The notes beneath the pieces were generated by a model. It saw nothing but the letters and a program-made list of their open reading frames with translations, searched no databases and was not told where the DNA came from. Positions 54,101 to 57,100 of a DNA stretch of 64,000 nucleotides are shown here, one piece after another. The first letter of the stretch is position 1; each line of letters starts with the position of its first letter. The stretch covers positions 1,178,001 to 1,242,000 of the forward strand of contig JBODTK010000016.1 of NCBI GenBank assembly GCA_050613775.1, read 5' to 3'. Source of the DNA: Neocallimastix sp. 'constans'. Its lineage: Eukaryota. The position numbers and the translations under genes are program-made.

Positions 54101-57100
54101 ATTGAAAATGATTCTCAAGATTTGTATACCATTAGAGAAGAAATTGTTGAAATTCCAACTGAAAATTCAAATAAAAGATTTGTAAAGAAAATAATTAAAA
54201 GTATTATTAGAATTAATCCTACAACTGGTGAAAAAGAAATAGTTGATGAAACATCAATAGATAAACCAATAGAACAATTTGATCAACCAATTTCTACTTT
54301 AAGAGAAGAAATCGTTGAAGCTCCATCTGAAGAACCTGGAAAAAAGAGATTTATTAAGAAAATTATGAGATACTTCATAAAAATTAATCCTTTAACTGGT
54401 GAAAAAGAAATTATTGATGGTCAACAAAATTCAGTTATAAGTACTAAAGAAGAAATAGAGGAAGTTCAAGATGAGAATGAAAGAACTGATAATGCTAAAT
54501 ATATTAAAAGAATAATTAGATACAGAATTAATTCATCTACCGGTGAAAAAGAAATGATTGAAGAGCCTATTGAGCATATTTTAGAAGAACCAATGTCCTC
54601 TATTAAAGAAGAAATTATTGAATTACCATTAAATAAATTAGGTAAAAGAAGATTTATAAAGAGAATTATAAAATATATTACTAGAGTTAATCCTATTACT
54701 GGTGAAAGTGAAGTCATTGAAGATAATATAGTTGAAGAACCAATTGAAAAATTTGATAAGCCAATTTATACTATTAAAGAGGAAATTGTTGAGATTCCAA
54801 CTTACGAACCAGGTAAAAAGAGATTTATTAAGAAAATTATTAGATCGTGTATTAAAATTAATCCAGATACTGGGGAAAGAGAAATTCTTGATGAAAATCA
54901 AATACAAAATTCCTCAGAAAATCCAACTGAAAAACCAAAAGTATCAACATATTCAAAGAGAATTATAAAGTATAAATTTAATTCAACAACAGGTCAAGAA
55001 GAGGTTATACATGAACAAAATTCAAATGATTTAGTTAAACAAGATTTAGAAGAATCTGTAATCACTGTAGTAGAAGGACTTGTAGAAGTTCCTTCAAATA
55101 AATATGGAAAAAAGGCATTTGCTAAAAGGATTATTAAATATTTAACTAAAATCAACACAACAACAGGTGAAAAGGAAGTATTTGAAGAAGAATCTATTGT
55201 TGAACCAATTGAACAGGAATCCGGAAAACCTGTTGTGATTATTAGAGAGGCAATTGTTGAAGTTCCTTCTAAAGGATCAAATAGAAAGAGTTTCATAAAA
55301 AAGATTATAAGATATCTTATTAAAATTAACATAATAACAGGTGAAAAGGAAATAGTTGGAAAACAACAATTTGAAGAACCAATAATTAATGTTAAAGAAG
55401 AAATTGTAGATATACCCACCGAAGAAATTAATACGAATTATAGCAAAAGAATTACAAGATATAGAATTAATCCAGTTACTGGCGAAAGAGAAATTATTAA
55501 TGAACAAGAATTAAAGAATAAAAAGTCAGAAGGTCAATATAATGGAAGAGAAACTGAAGGAATAAAAGAAGAAATTGTTGAAATTCCTTCTAATGAAATA
55601 GGAAAAAGTAAATTTATTAAAAGAACTATTAAATATACAACTAGAATAAATCCTATCACCGGTAAAAAAGAAATTAAAGAAGAAGATCCAATAGAAGAAA
55701 CTGTGGAACAATCAGCAGAACCAGAAACTTATATTAAAAAAGAAATAATTGAAGTTCCATCTGATGTTCCAGGTAAAACAAAAATAGTTAAAAGAACAAA
55801 TAAATATATTTATAGAGTAAATCCATATACTGGTGAAAAAGAAATTGTTGGAGAGCAAACGTTTGACGAACCATACGAATATGTGTCAAAAGAGGTTGTA
55901 ACCTTTAATGAAGAAATTGTTGAAGCTCCATATTCTGAGCCAAGTAAAAAAAGATACATGAAAAGAACTATTAAATATATAACCAAAGTTAATCTAACTA
56001 CTGGTGAAAAGAATATAGTTGGAAAACAACAAATGGATAAGCCAATTCAAGATTCGGATAAGCCAGTAACCCTTATTAAAGAAGAAATTGTGGAAGTTCC
56101 ATCTGAGATTCAAGATAAAAGAAATTTTATTAAGAGAATTATTAAATATGTTATCGATATTAACCCTGTTACAAATGAAAGGAAAATAATTGAAAGACAA
56201 AGTATTGAAGAACCGATTGAAAGTTTTAAATATCTTAATTTAAGTGAAGTAAAGTTTACTAAATCTGAAGAAGATGATTTTACTGAAGGAAATTCAGTCA
56301 TAGATAAACTTAAGAGTTCTCTTCTTGCTAATAATAATGAAGAAAATTATGAAATTAATTATGATGAAACTGTTGATGAAGAAAGTTACAATGGAAAAGA
56401 ATTAATTGATCAAATTAAGAATGCTCTTACTTTCGATGATGTTAAATCTGATGATATATCTGACCTAGATAATAAAATCATTCCATCATCTACCGAAGAT
56501 AAGAAAGAAATAATCTATAAAAATTATAAGGAATATGAAAATTATATAGACAATGAATCTGCTACTTATAAGAATCAATATGAATCTTCATATAATCATT
56601 TAACTGATCAAAACAATAAGACAATTGATGAAGAAAAAATATTAAAAAGATTACCAGAACATGATGATGAATATATTGTAGTTGAAAATAATATTATTGA
56701 ACAAGATGTTATACCGGAAGAAGAATTAGCATCAACTAATGAAAAACATTATTTAAAAAGAAAGCCTGATCTAAATTTCTTATTTACTAATACTAACTAT
56801 GAAGATACTGAAAAAACTAATATTGTTGATGAATCAAAAACTGTCAGACCAAAAACTTCAAAGAAACAAATAGAGTCTAGTTTAGAAGATGCTACTTGTT
56901 GTGGAGTTAAGAAAATACGCTTTGATAAAAAGTCAAAAATTGATGATGAAATTGATGAACAAAAAGAAAAGGTTGAAGTTGTAAAAAACCATAAAAATAA
57001 AGAATCAAGAAGATCTAAATCTTTTAGAAAGAGAAATTCAAAGAAAATTGTAAAGAAGGAAAATGAAAATGAAGATGATATATATATTAATGGAGCTTCT

